The notes under the pieces were generated by a model that worked only from the letters and a program-made list of their open reading frames with translations, was not told the DNA's origin and ran no database searches. 64,000 nucleotides of DNA from Haliotis rubra (Eukaryota): NCBI RefSeq assembly GCF_003918875.1, contig NW_025767152.1, positions 682,001 to 746,000 on the forward strand, in the 5' to 3' direction. Positions 60,501 through 64,000 of this stretch are shown here, piece after piece (positions within the stretch are counted from its first letter, which is position 1; each line of letters opens with the position of its first letter). A program made the translations under genes and the position numbers.

Positions 60501-63489
60501 TACCCCGATCTGTATTACCTGGGTAAGATCACATATCCCAAACTGTATTACTTGGGTAAGGGCACATATCATGATCTGTATTACCTGGGTAAGGGCACAT
60601 CTACTGATATCATCAGGTTGTTCTTTTGTTCTGAGACCTTATATAATTTGTTTCTTGGTTTAAGCTTCTGCCAACATTAAAAGTCAATAATTCAAAAACA
60701 ATGTCCGAGTTGACCAGGCCTCGAAGATATATGGGCCATACCACTTCTTGTTGTATTTATACCTTTACATGAATCCATCCAAAACGAACAAAAGCATATT
60801 TTTTATTTATCATTCTATGTCATGGTGACAAGTTATTTCTTGAGACGTGTTTACATGTATCATTTATTTATTTGTGTTGTTGAAATGTATATATTCAGTA
60901 TCATTCCATTATAGTTCAATGTTGATAAAAAATCCATGTTTTATATGTTTAAAATGATAAGATTCATTTAGTCGTCAGAAATGAACAAGTTATGTTCAGG
61001 CCCAAATCCTTGAAGTATGTAAAATTGTATAATTGCCAAGAAATATATAGGCACAAAACAATGACAATATACTATAATAAGCTAAACACAGGTGTTGGGC
61101 TATAAACAGATATTGCACTGATCGATATTCATCACTTGTATCAGCTCTACATATCTGAGAATCTCATTTGAATATGGTACATGGGAATTCTGTTTATCTG
61201 ACTACATTTCTGACAAAATGAACACGATTTATACATCCAAATTGAAAAAACTTCACAAATGAAAATTCCCATTTAATTAAATTAAAATTACTTAATGGTA
61301 TGACAGTTAGTTTCAGTTGTCTTAAGAGCTTATTATTGCTTATTCCAGCAGGATCTAAGAAAGAGCTCATTTAGTTCTGATTGCTCATTTGGAAGGAGAT
61401 ATAATTCTCCGTTTCTGTGACTTTGGCATGCCAATCTGTCATATACTGGACCGAGACACAAATGTGTTATCAATATGTGATTGTATCTAGCGCTGGCTAA
61501 TCAGAAATATCATCGATTGGAAATATTATTAATGATTATCAATATGAAAATTGTGTGATCAATAATATCGTATATCAACCTTTGTGATAGAAAAAAAATC
61601 ATAATTTTCTCACACAATACCAATTTAGGACATTATTCGTAATCTGCTTCTAAATTGTGTTCAGAATGTAGTTTTGTTAATAATCACAGCAAAAACATGT
61701 CCGCACTCCCAGTGATGTGAAATATATTCCTTTATTTCAGATAGTTTTGGCATTTTGGCTCAAAGTTACATCTCCGATAATTATCGATAATCGATTGATA
61801 TTTTTTAGTTGATGATTATCAATTTCTACAATCTATATCATCAATAGCCAGACCTAACTGTGTGTTCTCAAAGTATTGTTAAACAACCAACGTTTATATT
61901 TTTTTACTTTGAAATAAAGGGTTTTGCATCTGTCTTCTGTTGTGTATTGTGTTCTTATGAATCACAGATACAGTTCTATTAGTGATTTGAATTCTGGGAA
62001 TAGAGTGAGTGAGTGAATATGGTTTTACTCCGCTTTTAGCAATATTCCAGCAATATCAAGTTGGGGGACACCAGAAATGGGCTTCACACATTGTACCCAT
62101 GTGGGAAATCGAACCCGGGTCTTCCGCTTGACGAGCCAATGCTTGAACCACTAGGCTACCCTACCGCCCCTCTGGGAATAGGGGTTAGAGATGCTAGGAC
62201 TGCTGTCGTCACAAACATCAATTTTTGCTGTATAAACCTCGTACACCCGTGAAGGTCCAGGTTGGAATTGATCTTCAGTAACTTGTCGTAAGAAGCGACT
62301 CACGGGATCGGCTGGTCAAGTTCGCTGACTGGATTGTCACGTCATCGTATCCAAATTATGTAGATCGATGTTCTTGCTGTTGAACCCTGGATTGTCTGGT
62401 CCAGACTCGATTATTTACAGACCGCCGCCATATAGCTGGGATATTGCTGAGTGCTGTGTAAAACTAAACTAACTCACTCATAAAAGGCGACTGAGGGGAT
62501 CAGGTAGTCAGACTCACTGATTTGGTTGACACATGCCATTACAAAAAGAATTTTGTCTGGTCCAGACTTGATTAATTACAGACAGCCTCCTTTATTCTTT
62601 TCCAGGTTTCTTCACAAGGTATGTATTCTGGGTATACTGACTGACTGAGTTTAGTTTTACGTCGCTTTTAGCAATATTCCAGCAATATCACGGCGGGGGA
62701 CACCAGAAATGGGCTAATTCTGGGTATAAATAAGGTGAGGTGAGGTGAAATTGGGTTTTACGTCGTGCTTGAGAATATTTCGATCATATGACGACGTGTG
62801 TGTATTTGCGGCTGCTTGTACTAGCCCAGACTTAAGCTGGTTTTATAGTGCTAGCCCACTGAGATACCATGCCGCAGTGAAGCATGAATACCCAACTCAG
62901 ACACAGTATACTGACTCTGAGCCGACCAGTCCTTGTTGTACCCATTAATGCCGAACGCCAGGCAGGGACCAACAAGTACCATATTTTAACGTCTTTTGGT
63001 ATGACGCGGTCGGGGATCGAACCCGCGACCTTCCGCTCTCGAGAATAAATAAAGGAACACTTGTACTTTCATGTGTTCCCTTATCCATTTCCATGAGTAT
63101 ATATTCAATGACTAAGCGCAAGTGGAATGTCAACCAAGTTAGTCAATCTGACCAACGATCCCCTCCGTCGCTTCTCATAACAAGCATGGGTTGTTGAAAA
63201 CCAATTCTAACGAAGATCTTCACTGTATCCAGCTATTTCAACATCTGATGGTCACCAATCTGGTCAAGCAGTAATTAGTCGGTATGATACATGACCTAAA
63301 GTTTTTAAGAATGACACATACAAAACTGTCGCATAGTGTTTTATATAAAAATCTTTCACAAAACTGTTCATTAAAAACATGGGGGAAAATTACAAAAAGA
63401 AATATAGTCTCTACAAATGTATATGGTTAATGTTACATCAAAACAACATGTGTAAAAATAACTATATCAGTTTACAAGCAGTAATAAAA
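60501..63489 (-). repeat. Inverted segmental duplication, copy 2 (partner 22173-25229)
   Basis: Contains 3 units of the 31-32 bp minisatellite, the same unique DNA, MITE, SINE cluster and UNG 3'-end sequence, all in reverse. Confidence 0.95.
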
Positions 63490-64000
63490 CAAGAGTCATC
63501 AGAAGATGACATATGCCCCCCGGCCCCCACATCTTTGAAAGAACAAATCATCTGACATTTACTTAAAGTCCAGCTTGATTTTAGACTAAAATCGTTTCCA
63601 TGGAAATCATGAAAAAAATAAATGACAAAAATCTGCAAATAGCAAAAGGCACCACTTTGGGATCTGCCTCACGTATCTGCCAAGTTTTGCTGAAAGATAT
63701 TAAGAAGTTTTCCAGTTGTGCTCTGGAAACGAAACCCATCCTTCCTTTTTGAGACTAAGTCCGAATCATTTCCATGGAAACCGAGTAAAATAATAAATCA
63801 CAAATATCTGCAAATAGCAAAAGGCACCACTTTGGGATCTGCCTCACATATCTGCCAAGTTTTGCTGAAAGATATAGAGAAGTTTTTGAGTTGTGCTCCG
63901 GAAACGAAGCACACCCCTCAGTTTTGGGACTAAGTCCGAAACGTTTCCAAGGAAACCGGGGAAAATGAAAATGCAAAAATCTGCAAATAGCAAAAGGCAC
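63488..64000 (-). mobile_element. Helentron/HINE-like element with ~175-bp internal tandem repeats, truncated by window end
   Basis: AACAAGAGTCATCAGAAGATGAC end shared with 20298-20320; ATCTGCAAATAGCAAAAGGCAC recurs at ~63631, ~63805 and ~63979. Confidence 0.65.

Overview
Intron-rich, repeat-dense animal DNA, probably a gastropod such as abalone (inferred only from the SINE/MITE repertoire and gene types), with two N-gaps. Three genes can be built by hand with phase-compatible GT-AG junctions. (1) A 5-exon family-1 uracil-DNA glycosylase (UNG, + strand, 9718-19239) whose 4th exon carries several small indels as assembled. (2) A convergent 7-exon LRRC46-like gene (- strand, 40650-27302, 264 aa). 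(3) An NLR-like STAND NTPase-ankyrin gene (- strand, about 51.9 kb to 46819): its ~3.7-kb last exon is split by four single-base losses in A-runs and ends in 8 near-identical 204-bp di-ankyrin units that vary mainly at ligand-facing positions. This is the best candidate for an undescribed system, a repeat-shuffling innate immune sensor. Other notable structure: both convergent genes have 3'-UTR minisatellites built from their own stop-codon region; a ~3-kb inverted duplication (22.2-25.2 kb vs 60.5-63.5 kb) brackets LRRC46 and the STAND gene; a 2.2-kb minisatellite has grown inside a SINE-like repeat; a ~2-kb tandem duplication contains a solo LTR whose empty site is visible; there are three SINE families sharing a 3' tail and many MITEs. 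No CRISPR array, rRNA or genuine tRNA gene was found. All alignments and counts were done by eye.
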